A stretch of DNA of 64,000 nt from Patescibacteria group bacterium (GTDB lineage: Bacteria > Patescibacteriota > Patescibacteriia > Patescibacteriales > UBA12465): NCBI GenBank assembly GCA_050943055.1, contig JBMNOL010000002.1, positions 2,855-66,854 of the forward strand, given 5' to 3'. The notes below the pieces were generated by a model. The model saw only the letters and a list, made by a program, of their open reading frames with translations, did no database searches and had not been told where the DNA came from. The translations under genes were made by a program, and so were the position numbers. Positions 1 through 9,395 of the stretch are shown here, one piece after another. How positions within the stretch are numbered: position 1 is the first letter of the stretch; every line of letters begins with the position of its first letter.

Positions 1-198
1 TCTTTGACCCCTCTTGGGAAATCTGCTAGAATACCATATGTAGTAGTTTTGTATCAGTATTAGACTCAACATATAGTTATTTTTCTTTAGGTTGTCTGGC
101 AGTCTCAAGAAGAAAAAGTGCTTATTTAATTAGCTTTTTCTAGTGCTTTTTAATTACTATCCCCTCCTGGCTATTTATTTTTTATTTTTATAAACCCT

Positions 199-2496
199 AT
201 GCCTCAAAATTTGCCCGCAATCACAAAAATCCGGAAACGGAGTGGTGAGATTGTCAGATTTGACATCGATCGCATTGAAAATGCGATTACCAAAGCTTTT
301 TTAGAAGTCGGCCAAGAAACCGATGGCTTCGCTAAAAAAATTAGTGCCCAAGTGGAGCTTCATCTGAAGCGCATGAAAAAGTTTTCTGATGAAAAAAATT
401 TTATTCCTCATGTCGAGATGATCCAAGACTTAGTGGAAGAGGAATTGATGCGCAATGATTTTCCGAAAGTGGCTAAGGCTTATATTTTATACCGTCAGAA
501 ACGAGCTGATGTGAGAAAGCGCAACCTTGAAATTCCGGAGCATGTTCAGAAATTAACTCAAGAGAGTAAAAAATATTTTAGAAACCCTTTATCAGAATTT
601 ATTTTTTACCGGAGCTATTCGCGCTGGATTGACGAGGAGCAACGTCGCGAGACTTGGATTGAAACCGTTGACCGCTACTTAAGTTACATGAAAAAGAATC
701 TTAAAGATGCGCTCACGGACAAAGAATACAGCGAATTGCGCGAGGCGATTTTAAATCAAGAAATTATGCCTTCGATGCGGCTGATGCAATTTTCGGGTAA
801 GGCCGCTGATCGCACCAACGCTTGTGCTTATAATTGTTCTTATATTGCGCCGGAAAATTTTCAAGACATTGCCGAGATTATGTATGTTTCCATGTGCGGC
901 ACTGGTGTCGGCTGGTCCGTGGAAAGCCAGAATGTCGAAAAATTCCCTCAGATTTTAAATCAAAGCGGCAAAAAGCCCAGCACTTTTGTGGTTCCTGATA
1001 GCAAAGAAGGTTGGGCCGATGCTTTGGCTTTAGGGATGAAAACTTGGGCCGCTGGTGAAGATATTATTTTTGATTATTCACAGTTACGTCCGGCCGGTGC
1101 GCGGTTGATGACCATGGGCGGAAAAAGCTCCGGTCCCGAACCGCTTCGCCAACTCTTGGATTTTACCCGCAAGAAGATGCTCAATCGCCAAGGACGCCGG
1201 CTGCGCAATATTGATTTGCACGATATTATTTGCATGATTGGTTACTGCGTTGTTTCTGGAGGTGTTCGTCGCAGCGCCATGATTTCACTATCGGATTTAG
1301 ATGATGACGATATTCGCGATGCTAAAAAAGGCCAATTCTATCTAACCGAATCGCAACGCAGCTTGGCTAATAATTCCGCTGTTTACCTCAAAAAACCGAC
1401 CAACGAAGAGTTTATGGATGAGTGGATTGCTCTGATGAAATCGGGTTCTGGTGAACGCGGAATTTTCAATCGCGGTTCACTTGTTAAAACTTTGCCTAAA
1501 CGCCGTCTAGATCTTTTGCGCAAGCAGTCCGGATTTTTTGATGCCCATGGCAACATGGTTGGCCAAATGGGCACTAACCCTTGCGGCGAAATCATCCTCC
1601 AGTCCAAACAATTCTGTAATTTAACTGAAGTGGTTGCTCGCCATAATGACACTGAAGAGTCATTACTAAGAAAGATTCGCTTAGCGACGATTTTAGGAAC
1701 CTATCAGTCCACCCTCACTTATTTTCCTTACCTTTCTAAGGCTTGGAAAAAGAACTGCGAGTCTGAGCGCCTACTCGGTGTTTCGGTGACCGGTCAATGG
1801 GATTCTAAAGTTAGCCGCCAAGCCGAAGTTTTAGAAAAACTTAAGAAAGAGGTGATTAAAGTTAATAAAGATTACGCCAAACGTTTCGGCATTCAAGCCT
1901 CTTCCGCCGTTACTTGCGTAAAACCTTCCGGCACCGTTTCCCAGTTGGTTGATTGCGCTTCCGGTATGCACGCACGTTACGCTCCTTACTATATCCGCCG
2001 CATTCGCATCTCATCTACTGATTCGCTCTTTAAGATGTTGCGCGACCAGGGAGTTCCGTATAAGCCGGAAGTCGGACAATCCTATGAAGATGCCAGCACT
2101 TTTGTCTTTGAGTTCCCGGTTAAAGCTCCGAAAGGTTCTATCTTTAGTGACGATCTAAATGCTTTAGAGCAATTGGAGCATTGGAAGAAAGTTAAATTAA
2201 ACTTTACTGAACATAACCCCTCAGTGACCATTACTGTTGGTGACGAGGAATGGATTGGCGTCGCTAATTGGGTTTATGAGAATTGGGATATTATTGGCGG
2301 CCTTTCTTTCTTACCACGCACTAATCATGTTTACGAGTTAGCACCTTACGAAGCGATTGATGAAAAGAAGTATGAAGAGCTTTTAGAGAAATTCCGGAAT
2401 ATGGATTTTGCCCAAATTATCAGTTATGAAAAACAGGATGAAACCGAGGTTAAAAAAGAATTAGCTTGTGCCGGTGGTGCCTGTGAGCTAAATTAA
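199..2496 (+). CDS. nrdJ: Ribonucleotide reductase, class II (adenosylcobalamin-dependent type) with N-terminal ATP-cone
   Basis: 765-aa ORF. It has an ATP-cone-like N-terminus (VRFDIDRIENAITKAF), the active-site motif TNPCGEI typical of class II RNR, and a C-terminal redox Cys pair (CAGGAC). Confidence 0.85.
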   Translation: MPQNLPAITKIRKRSGEIVRFDIDRIENAITKAFLEVGQETDGFAKKISAQVELHLKRMKKFSDEKNFIPHVEMIQDLVEEELMRNDFPKVAKAYILYRQKRADVRKRNLEIPEHVQKLTQESKKYFRNPLSEFIFYRSYSRWIDEEQRRETWIETVDRYLSYMKKNLKDALTDKEYSELREAILNQEIMPSMRLMQFSGKAADRTNACAYNCSYIAPENFQDIAEIMYVSMCGTGVGWSVESQNVEKFPQILNQSGKKPSTFVVPDSKEGWADALALGMKTWAAGEDIIFDYSQLRPAGARLMTMGGKSSGPEPLRQLLDFTRKKMLNRQGRRLRNIDLHDIICMIGYCVVSGGVRRSAMISLSDLDDDDIRDAKKGQFYLTESQRSLANNSAVYLKKPTNEEFMDEWIALMKSGSGERGIFNRGSLVKTLPKRRLDLLRKQSGFFDAHGNMVGQMGTNPCGEIILQSKQFCNLTEVVARHNDTEESLLRKIRLATILGTYQSTLTYFPYLSKAWKKNCESERLLGVSVTGQWDSKVSRQAEVLEKLKKEVIKVNKDYAKRFGIQASSAVTCVKPSGTVSQLVDCASGMHARYAPYYIRRIRISSTDSLFKMLRDQGVPYKPEVGQSYEDASTFVFEFPVKAPKGSIFSDDLNALEQLEHWKKVKLNFTEHNPSVTITVGDEEWIGVANWVYENWDIIGGLSFLPRTNHVYELAPYEAIDEKKYEELLEKFRNMDFAQIISYEKQDETEVKKELACAGGACELN

Positions 2497-2520
2497 TTAA
2501 TAAATAAAAGGAAAAAAAGG

Positions 2521-2548
2521 GCGGCTCTGTCAAAAGGGCCGCTTTTTT
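2521..2548 (+). terminator. Putative intrinsic terminator after nrdJ
   Basis: GCGGC (2521-2525) pairs with GCCGC (2538-2542) and is followed by TTTTTT. The stem is short, so the call is moderate. Confidence 0.5.
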
Positions 2549-2564
2549 GTTGTTTGGCTATTAT

Positions 2565-2593
2565 TTGACATTTTATTATAAATATGATAGAAT
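2565..2593 (+). promoter_or_regulatory. Sigma70-type promoter for the orphan gene at 2632
   Basis: TTGACA (2565-2570), a 17-nt spacer, then TAGAAT (2588-2593) preceded by TGA, which forms an extended -10 (TGn). Confidence 0.6.
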
Positions 2594-2631
2594 GCCGGTA
2601 CAATAAAACAGTAACTTAAAAATTAAATAAA

Positions 2632-3849
2632 ATGAAGAAAAAAGGAATTTTTGAGACCTTGGATTGGCTCAACAAATACTCGGAGCAAAATTACTCCAAG
2701 AATCCAAGTTTTTGGTTAAGAATTTTTATCTTTTCCTCTGATTACAAGGCGCGAGAGTATGCGTGGGAAAAAGTAAAAGAATTCAGTCCGGAAGAGATTA
2801 TAAATGATTTGGATATAATCATCAGATTGGCGCCTATTTGCCAGGTGGCTGAAGAAAAGGTGATTGAGCTGATAAAAAGTCTTCCCCCAGAAGCTTTTGA
2901 AGCTAAGATGAAAAATATTTTTTCTTTAGTTAACGACCCAGAGACGGCTGAGGTGGCGGCAATTATCCTTCGGGATTTGCCAGTTTTTTATCTGAGTCAC
3001 TATTTTTTAGTGATTATAAATTTACTTAATAACAGCCATTTAATGAGTACGCGTAAGCTGATGCGTGAGCTTTTGGCCAAAATTATTGGCTCGTGGAGTC
3101 TTGATGAGAAGAGAAGAAATTTTCAGCTAATTCTTGATTTTGAAGAATCAAGTAATCATAATCTCTCCACAGCTGCCAACTTGGCACACCTGGAAGTAAT
3201 TAAGTCTGGGCCGGTTGAAGATTTAGAAAAAAATCTTGATTATCTGGTCAAAATGACTACCTATCCGGATTCAAAGATTTCTATCTTAGCTGCCGAATTA
3301 GCTTTTACTTTTTTTTCTGAATATTCCAATCAAGAAATTAAAGAGAGTTATTTGGAATACTGTAAAAGTTTTAGTGGTTGGGGGCGGAAAGAGCTTCGTC
3401 GAGGTTTTCGTTTCCTAGCTTTAAAAACAATCCTTGATAGTCAAGGAATTGATCCCGCTAAACATGTAGGTTTCTTAATTGGCTGTTTAGACAGCCATGA
3501 CCGTCATGAGCGCTCAATAGCCATTTCTCTTTTAAGGAAAATTAAGGCTAGTGACTTGCCTTTAAATTTGTTGCTTCAGGCCCAGTATTCAACACTTAGC
3601 CGCGTCCGACGTCAGACTAGGATTTTAGCAAATAAAATTAGCTCGGACCAATTGGCTGAGAATCTTGAGCTTCTCTTAAAAGCTCAAGAATCTCTTAACC
3701 ATAACTATAGCGATTTAGCCGCTGATTTGGCTCTAAAAATTCCGAAAGAAAAGATTCTTGAAAAAAAAGAATTGCTTGATCGGTATTTAGAGTCATCTAA
3801 TTTGCGGGTCAAACTTATCGCCAGAATGTTGACAACTTTAAATTTTTAA
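2632..3849 (+). CDS. Hypothetical all-helical (HEAT/ARM-like repeat?) protein, orphan
   Basis: 405-aa ORF with no TM segment or signal peptide and no motif I recognise. It is visibly more AT-rich than its neighbours and has its own promoter and flanking terminators. Confidence 0.6.
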   Translation: MKKKGIFETLDWLNKYSEQNYSKNPSFWLRIFIFSSDYKAREYAWEKVKEFSPEEIINDLDIIIRLAPICQVAEEKVIELIKSLPPEAFEAKMKNIFSLVNDPETAEVAAIILRDLPVFYLSHYFLVIINLLNNSHLMSTRKLMRELLAKIIGSWSLDEKRRNFQLILDFEESSNHNLSTAANLAHLEVIKSGPVEDLEKNLDYLVKMTTYPDSKISILAAELAFTFFSEYSNQEIKESYLEYCKSFSGWGRKELRRGFRFLALKTILDSQGIDPAKHVGFLIGCLDSHDRHERSIAISLLRKIKASDLPLNLLLQAQYSTLSRVRRQTRILANKISSDQLAENLELLLKAQESLNHNYSDLAADLALKIPKEKILEKKELLDRYLESSNLRVKLIARMLTTLNF

Positions 3850-3863
3850 AACTAAGATCGTTT

Positions 3864-3894
3864 AAGGAGGAGCCGGATGACTTCTCCTTTTTTT
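3864..3894 (+). terminator. Putative intrinsic terminator after the orphan gene
   Basis: AAGGAG(GA) at 3864-3871 pairs with (TT)CTCCTT at 3882-3889 and is followed by a T-run. Confidence 0.55.
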
Positions 3895-3938
3895 ATTGTG
3901 AAAATGCTAAACTAAAAAGATAAAAAGAAGTTTGATTT

Positions 3939-5237
3939 ATGTTTTTAAACTGGCAGCGCGTTTTACGCTTGATCCCGTCGTCTTATCAACCCTGGTTAAA
4001 CCATGAAGGTTTCAAAAAATATTTTAGAAATACCGGCTGGATGTTTCTCGGGCAGTTTTTTTCTTTGGTTACCTCTTTTTTTGTGGGCGCCGCCGTCGCT
4101 CGTTATCTTGGTCCGGCTAATTATGGCCTTTATAATTACGCCTTATCTTTTGTTGGACTTTTTTCTTTTATCGCCCCTTTAGGAGTAGATGCGATTTTGT
4201 ATCGGGAGTTAATTTCTCACCCCGAGAAGCGCGATGAATTGTTAGGTACTACTTTTCGCTTAAAATTAATTGGGGGCACGATTGCTTTTTTTGCGGCTTC
4301 GCTGGCAGCCTACTTTTTAGAAAGCAGCTATTTAGTTAAGCTGATTGTTTTGATTTTTTCCAGCAGTTTTATTTTCCAAGCTTTTAATGTTTCCAATACT
4401 TTTTTTAATTCTCGGGTGGAGTCGGTTAAAAATGTCAAAGTCCAAACGCTGGGAATTTTATTAGCCGCTGTTTTAAAAATTGTGGTCATTGTCACCCACC
4501 GCGGCGTTATATGGTTAGCGGTGGCCGCTTTAATTGAATCAGTGGTCATTTCTATTGGAGCTATTTATTTTTATCGCCAATCGGGACGGTCCTTATCAAC
4601 CTGGAGTTTTAGCCCGACTTTGGCGAAGAGAATTTTAAGTGTTTCCTGGTTGTTACTTTTATCATCAGCGGCCGCTTTTATTTATCAGAAAGTTGATCAG
4701 GTAATGATTGGTCGCTTTTTAGGCAACGCCGCGGTTGGCTTGTATGCTGTGGCCGCCAAACTCTCCGAGATTTGGTATTTTATTCCCGGCATTATTTGTG
4801 GCTCCTTATTTCCGGCGATTGTTAATGCGAAAAAAACCAGTTGGGCGCTCTACCAAAATCGTTTGGGCAAATTATATTGGTTGATGTTTTTTTTAGCCTT
4901 AGGGGTTACTTTGCCGCTGACTATTTTTAGTCAGCCGGTCACAATCTTTATTTTTGGCCCGGAATATGCGGCGGCAGCGCCGGTTCTAAGGATTTACGCT
5001 TGGTCCAGTATTGGTCTTTTTTTGGTTACCGCCATTAATCAAGCGCTTACCTCCGAAAATCGTCTACGGCTTATTTTCTTTCTTAACTTAATAATGATGG
5101 TGGCCAATGTCGGTTTAAATTATTTATTCATTCCTCGTTTTGGTTTAGTGGGCGCTGCTTGGGCAACGACAATTTCTTATTTACTGGGTCCTCTTTGTAT
5201 TTTTATTTATCAGCGCTGGCGGCGGGTGCGCTCCTAA
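3939..5237 (+). CDS. Oligosaccharide/polysaccharide flippase (Wzx-like, MOP superfamily)
   Basis: 432-aa polytopic membrane protein with about 12 hydrophobic segments. Its length and layout are typical of polysaccharide biosynthesis flippases, and it sits convergent to a sugar transferase. Confidence 0.7.
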   Translation: MFLNWQRVLRLIPSSYQPWLNHEGFKKYFRNTGWMFLGQFFSLVTSFFVGAAVARYLGPANYGLYNYALSFVGLFSFIAPLGVDAILYRELISHPEKRDELLGTTFRLKLIGGTIAFFAASLAAYFLESSYLVKLIVLIFSSSFIFQAFNVSNTFFNSRVESVKNVKVQTLGILLAAVLKIVVIVTHRGVIWLAVAALIESVVISIGAIYFYRQSGRSLSTWSFSPTLAKRILSVSWLLLLSSAAAFIYQKVDQVMIGRFLGNAAVGLYAVAAKLSEIWYFIPGIICGSLFPAIVNAKKTSWALYQNRLGKLYWLMFFLALGVTLPLTIFSQPVTIFIFGPEYAAAAPVLRIYAWSSIGLFLVTAINQALTSENRLRLIFFLNLIMMVANVGLNYLFIPRFGLVGAAWATTISYLLGPLCIFIYQRWRRVRS

Positions 5238-5245
5238 AAATCAAC

Positions 5246-5275
5246 AAAAAAGCGACCTTTAGGATCGCTTTTTTT
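5246..5275. terminator. Bidirectional intrinsic terminator between convergent genes
   Basis: The hairpin AGCGACC/GGATCGCT (5251-5269) is flanked by an A-run upstream and a T-run downstream. It could therefore terminate transcription on both strands. Confidence 0.6.
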
Positions 5276-5290
5276 AAAGACTAATCTAAA

Positions 5291-6610
5291 TTAACGACCG
5301 GCCCGGCCCAACATCGTGGCGATAGTTTTTAGAGCAATACTTAAATCTAAATAAATAGAACGATGCTTGAGGTAAAAAAGGTCATACTCCAACTTGGCTT
5401 GGGTGTCTTCAAGAGAAGGGGAGTGATAAACGCCGGAAACTTGATCCCAGCCGCTAATTCCCGGCTTGATTAACAAGCGAGTTTTATAGAAAGGTATTTT
5501 TTGCGCTAACTCGGCAACATATTCCGGCCGTTCGGGACGCGGGCCGATAAAGCTCATTTCCCCTCGGAAAATATTGATAATTTGCGGAATTTCATCTAAG
5601 CGACTCACTCGCAGGAAGCGACCAATTCGCGTAATCCGCTTGTCTTGGGGGCCAGTCATTGAACCGTCATTACCCTTTGTTTTCATGGTTCTAAATTTAA
5701 GCATCGTAAAGACGTGTTCATTTTTTCCCACGCGTTGTTGACGAAAAAGAACGGGACCGCGACTATCGATTTTTATCAGTAGTGCCAATAAAGGGAAAAA
5801 GGGGAGAGTAATGAGTAGCAGCAAGCCGGCCCCGACTAAGTCGGCCACTCGTTTAGCTAAATCAAAATAACGGCGACTACCCTGGTTAACATTATCAATA
5901 AACCAAGCTTGGTTAATGGAGCTTAGGGGCACGCGACCATAAACCAATTCGTAAAAATCACTGAGGTTGTAAACATTAATGTTTAAAGATAGACAGCTAA
6001 ACAGTAAGCTTATCAAGTCAGGATTATCAGCAAATTCTGGAGCGACAATCACAGTATTGATATTTCGTTCCTTAATTAGGGTCGGCAGTGCCTTGGCGTC
6101 TTTTAGATTCTTAAAAACTAAAGCCGTATTAAAGCCTTGGTGTGGTTGCTTGGCTAAACTAACTAAAAGATCACGACTCACGGAGTCGTTGCCGATAATG
6201 GCTAAATTGTTGACCGGTAAAAATGAGCGAATCACTAAACTGGCCAGTGAGCGCCAGAGGAAAAAAAGCAAGAAAAAAACGCCTAAGAAAATTATCAAAA
6301 TAGTTTTTGGCGAGACTGGTGATTGAATTAAGTAGAAATAGATAATAGAAATCAGCCCCGCTCCTAAAGTGGCCGAGACCGCGTTTTGTAGGAAGCGGCG
6401 AAAATTATAAACCAAGTTTAATCTATAGGCGCCGTTAATATAGAGAACTACTAACCACAGCAAGAATAAGGGGCGGAAGTAGGGAATATTCTCTAACCAC
6501 ATTGCTTGCCAATTGGACCCGAAGCGTAACAGCAAAGAGAAGGCAAGTGCCAAAAAAAGCACTCCCAAATCACCTAAGATTAGGCAGACTTGTTTGAAAC
6601 GTTTACTCAT
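5291..6610 (-). CDS. Polyprenyl-phosphate glycosyl-1-phosphate transferase (WbaP/bacterial sugar transferase family)
   Basis: 439 aa. The N-terminus has TM helices and the C-terminus is a sugar-transferase domain (LFRQQRVGKNEHVFTMLKFRTM, DEIPQIINIFRGEMSFIGPRPERPEY). Confidence 0.85.
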   Translation of the reverse strand: MSKRFKQVCLILGDLGVLFLALAFSLLLRFGSNWQAMWLENIPYFRPLFLLWLVVLYINGAYRLNLVYNFRRFLQNAVSATLGAGLISIIYFYLIQSPVSPKTILIIFLGVFFLLFFLWRSLASLVIRSFLPVNNLAIIGNDSVSRDLLVSLAKQPHQGFNTALVFKNLKDAKALPTLIKERNINTVIVAPEFADNPDLISLLFSCLSLNINVYNLSDFYELVYGRVPLSSINQAWFIDNVNQGSRRYFDLAKRVADLVGAGLLLLITLPFFPLLALLIKIDSRGPVLFRQQRVGKNEHVFTMLKFRTMKTKGNDGSMTGPQDKRITRIGRFLRVSRLDEIPQIINIFRGEMSFIGPRPERPEYVAELAQKIPFYKTRLLIKPGISGWDQVSGVYHSPSLEDTQAKLEYDLFYLKHRSIYLDLSIALKTIATMLGRAGR

Positions 6611-6684
6611 ATATTTATAGGTTTACTATAGCAAGAGACCCTGCTAAAATCAATTGAAACCTGTTTCGCGACTTCGGGCAGCTG

Positions 6685-6693
6685 TGATATAAT
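6685..6693 (+). promoter_or_regulatory. Extended -10 promoter element directly upstream of holB (leaderless geometry)
   Basis: TGATATAAT, with TATAAT at 6688-6693 and exactly 6 nt to the ATG at 6700. No good -35 element is present at 17-nt spacing. Confidence 0.4.
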
Positions 6694-6699
6694 TAAAAC

Positions 6700-7683
6700 A
6701 TGGTAAACTCTAATTTTTACTACCAAAGACACTATGATTGGCCTCCTTTGGGCAATAACAAGGTGGCCGATTTTCTTGATCATTCCTTAAGTTCGGGGCA
6801 ATTGGCGCAAACTTATATTTTTGTTGGCGCTGATGGTTTAGGAAAAAGCACCCTCGCTCAGGCCTTTGCCAATAACTTACTTTTATCTGACGGGCAAGAA
6901 AAGCTCTCAGGCGCTAACAGTGATCTTTATATTTTAGAGCGTCCCGCCGGGAAAAAAGATATTCCTGTTGATCTCACTCGTGATTTTATTAAAATGTTGT
7001 CTTTAAGTTCTTTTTTAGGGTCTTATAAAATTGGGATTATTAAAGAAGCGGAAACCTTAAATGCTAATAGCGCTAATTCTTTATTAAAAACTTTGGAGGA
7101 GCCGCGCGAAAAAGTGATCATTATTTTACTAACTAATTCTTTGGCCGCTTTGCCTCCCACTTTAGTTTCTCGGGCCCAGGTTCTTTATTTTACTCCCGTG
7201 CCTTACGAAATTATTTATGATTATCTTTTAGAAGAGAAAAAAGTTGACCGGGCGAGCGCGAAAAACTTAGCCGCTCTGGCGGCCGGCCGCCCACTAGAGG
7301 CGGTTCGTTTACTGGAAAAACCGGAATATTATGAAGCGCAGTTAGATTCGGCCCGTTCTTTTCTTAGTTTTTTCTCTCAGTCCTTAATTGAGCGCAGCGC
7401 CGCCTTAAAAAAGATGGGGCCACTAGACAAAGATCGGGTGGATAATTTAATTTCTTCTTGGCAGCGAGTCTGGCGCGACCTGCTACTCTTACGTCTTAAT
7501 CAGCCCGAACTTATCCAACACGCCGCCCTAAAAGAGGAGCTGGCCATCGTTAATTCGCAACTGGCCGAGCAGGATTGGTTTTACTATTATCAACTAGCAG
7601 ACACTCTCCTGATCGCCCAAAAATATTTGGCAGCAAATGTTAGTCCTGCTACAGTATTAGAACAAGTTATTTTTAATCTTTAA
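6700..7683 (+). CDS. holB: DNA polymerase III subunit delta-prime
   Basis: 327 aa. It has the AAA+ clamp-loader motifs GADGLGKSTLA (P-loop-like) and NSLLKTLEEP. Confidence 0.85.
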   Translation: MVNSNFYYQRHYDWPPLGNNKVADFLDHSLSSGQLAQTYIFVGADGLGKSTLAQAFANNLLLSDGQEKLSGANSDLYILERPAGKKDIPVDLTRDFIKMLSLSSFLGSYKIGIIKEAETLNANSANSLLKTLEEPREKVIIILLTNSLAALPPTLVSRAQVLYFTPVPYEIIYDYLLEEKKVDRASAKNLAALAAGRPLEAVRLLEKPEYYEAQLDSARSFLSFFSQSLIERSAALKKMGPLDKDRVDNLISSWQRVWRDLLLLRLNQPELIQHAALKEELAIVNSQLAEQDWFYYYQLADTLLIAQKYLAANVSPATVLEQVIFNL

Positions 7684-7685
7684 AT

Positions 7686-8816
7686 ATGACTCACTCACGA
7701 TTTTGGCGCTTAGCGCTCATCCTTCTCATTGTTCCTTTGCTTCTTTCCGCTTGTACTTTCGGCGGCAAGGAGGATTTGGCCGATTTGGGAGCGGTTTTTG
7801 TTTCGACAGATGGTGGCATTCGTTTTAGCCACCAGCCCTATATTCCAACGATTACTAGTAAACCGGGTAGTATTGCTAATGTTAATGTGCGTAGTTTAAC
7901 CATTGACCCCAGTGATAATTTGTGGGTTTATCTGGGGACTTATGGTAATGGCCTTTATTTTACCCCCAATATTTCTGAAGGGTGGCAGAAAATAAAATCT
8001 TTCCCCGGGGATGTAACTGTTAATGAGGTGGTTGTTAACCCCCAAGACAAGTGTGAAGTCTTTGCTATTTTTGGCAATCAGTTGCTGCGCTCTTCTGACT
8101 GCACCCGCACTTGGAACCAGCTTTACTTAGATGCCGATCGGGAAGCCATCTTTAATACCTTAGCCATTGATCCGCGCAATCCGGACAATTTGTATTTAGG
8201 AACATCTAATGGCGATATTCTAAAAAGTATTGATAGCGGATCATCTTGGCGCGTCTTGCGACGTCTAGATAAAGGGGTGGCAAAAATTGTTTTGTTACCG
8301 AGTGATAGCCGCCAAGTTTTTGTCGCCGATGTTTCGGCCGGCCTCTACTCCTTTATTACTAACAGTGATACCGATCCGCGCCGCTCGGGTGATGTCAATG
8401 CTAACTTTGCTGTTAACAACTGGCTTGATTTTAGAGAAGTTTTAGCGGATTTGGGTGTTACTGACTCTTTCCAGTCTTTAGCTATCGGCGCCAGCGATGG
8501 TTTAATTATGCTGGCCACTAAGAATATTGTTGTCAAATCTCCCGATCGCGGCGTTAGTTGGCAAAAGCTCACTATTTTGCCTTCAGAAAATCAAGATTTA
8601 GTAACCGCGGTGGCCATTGATCCGCAAAATTCCAATAATCTCTACTACGGCACCGGTCTCACTTTTGCTCGTTCTACTGATGGCGGGGTGACTTGGTCTA
8701 ATATTAAATTACCGACAAAACGCGCCGTTTCGCAAATCTTAATTGACTATCGTTATCCGAATAATATTTATCTTGGTGTTAACAGTGGTCCGGGCACCGG
8801 CTTAATCTTTAAATAA
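7686..8816 (+). CDS. Lipoprotein with BNR/Asp-box repeats (beta-propeller)
   Basis: Signal peptide with a lipobox (LLLSAC). There are five SxDxGxxW-type Asp-boxes: STDGGIRF, SSDCTRTW, SIDSGSSW, SPDRGVSW and STDGGVTW. Confidence 0.75.
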   Translation: MTHSRFWRLALILLIVPLLLSACTFGGKEDLADLGAVFVSTDGGIRFSHQPYIPTITSKPGSIANVNVRSLTIDPSDNLWVYLGTYGNGLYFTPNISEGWQKIKSFPGDVTVNEVVVNPQDKCEVFAIFGNQLLRSSDCTRTWNQLYLDADREAIFNTLAIDPRNPDNLYLGTSNGDILKSIDSGSSWRVLRRLDKGVAKIVLLPSDSRQVFVADVSAGLYSFITNSDTDPRRSGDVNANFAVNNWLDFREVLADLGVTDSFQSLAIGASDGLIMLATKNIVVKSPDRGVSWQKLTILPSENQDLVTAVAIDPQNSNNLYYGTGLTFARSTDGGVTWSNIKLPTKRAVSQILIDYRYPNNIYLGVNSGPGTGLIFK

Positions 8817-8831
8817 ATAATTAAAAATTAT

Positions 8832-9386
8832 ATGTCTAATCTTGTCCAAGAAAAAGAAGCTGAATTTAATAATGTCATTAATTTTTTTAAGCGTGACATC
8901 GCCAGTCTACGTACCGGGCGGGCAAACTTAGCGATGTTAGACGGCATCCAAGTGGAAGCCTATGGGGTGCTTACCCCTCTAAATGGCGTCGCTAACATTT
9001 CGATTTCCGATTCGCGCAGTTTTCTCGTTACCCCTTGGGATAAAAATGTTGTTAAGGCGATTGAAAAAGCTTTAATAGAGGCGGATTTGGGTTTTGGTCT
9101 GATGAATGAGGGCGATAAAATTCGTCTCACTATTCCGGCTTTAACTGAAGAAAATCGCCGCGATTTGGTGAAAAAGCTAAACGAACGTTTAGAAAAAGCC
9201 CGAATTTCGCTGCGTCAGGTTCGCGAGGAAGTAAAGACGAAAATTGATGAGGCTTTTAGCGCCAAAGAGTTGTCTGAAGACGAGAAGTTTCGTCAGGAAA
9301 AAGAGTTGGATGATTTAATTACTAAGAAAAATGAGGCCCTAAAGGAAATCCGTGATCAAAAAGAGGCGGATATTATGGCTATTTAA
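8832..9386 (+). CDS. frr: Ribosome recycling factor
   Basis: 184 aa. The sequence is full-length RRF-like (RTGRANLAMLDGIQVEAYG, ...IPALTEENRRDLVK). Confidence 0.93.
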   Translation: MSNLVQEKEAEFNNVINFFKRDIASLRTGRANLAMLDGIQVEAYGVLTPLNGVANISISDSRSFLVTPWDKNVVKAIEKALIEADLGFGLMNEGDKIRLTIPALTEENRRDLVKKLNERLEKARISLRQVREEVKTKIDEAFSAKELSEDEKFRQEKELDDLITKKNEALKEIRDQKEADIMAI

Positions 9387-9395
9387 TTTACCTAC

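Noticed and set aside
1-198. A cobalamin riboswitch upstream of the B12-dependent RNR.
   Set aside because: I could not find a B12-box-like element or the GC-rich conserved core. The region is short and AT-rich.
1383-1652. Antisense or alternative-frame ORFs inside long genes. Examples are 1383-1652(-), 1949-2158(+), 4328-4549(-), 5979-6326(+), 10764-11138(-), 17020-17346(-), 27835-28170(-), 47653-47931(-), 60816-61118(-) and 61716-61952(-).
   Set aside because: Each lies fully within a well-supported conserved gene on the other strand or frame. Their translations are low-complexity or biased mirror images, for example Ser/Ala-rich mirrors of Glu/Lys-rich tails. None has a recognisable motif or an independent expression signal.
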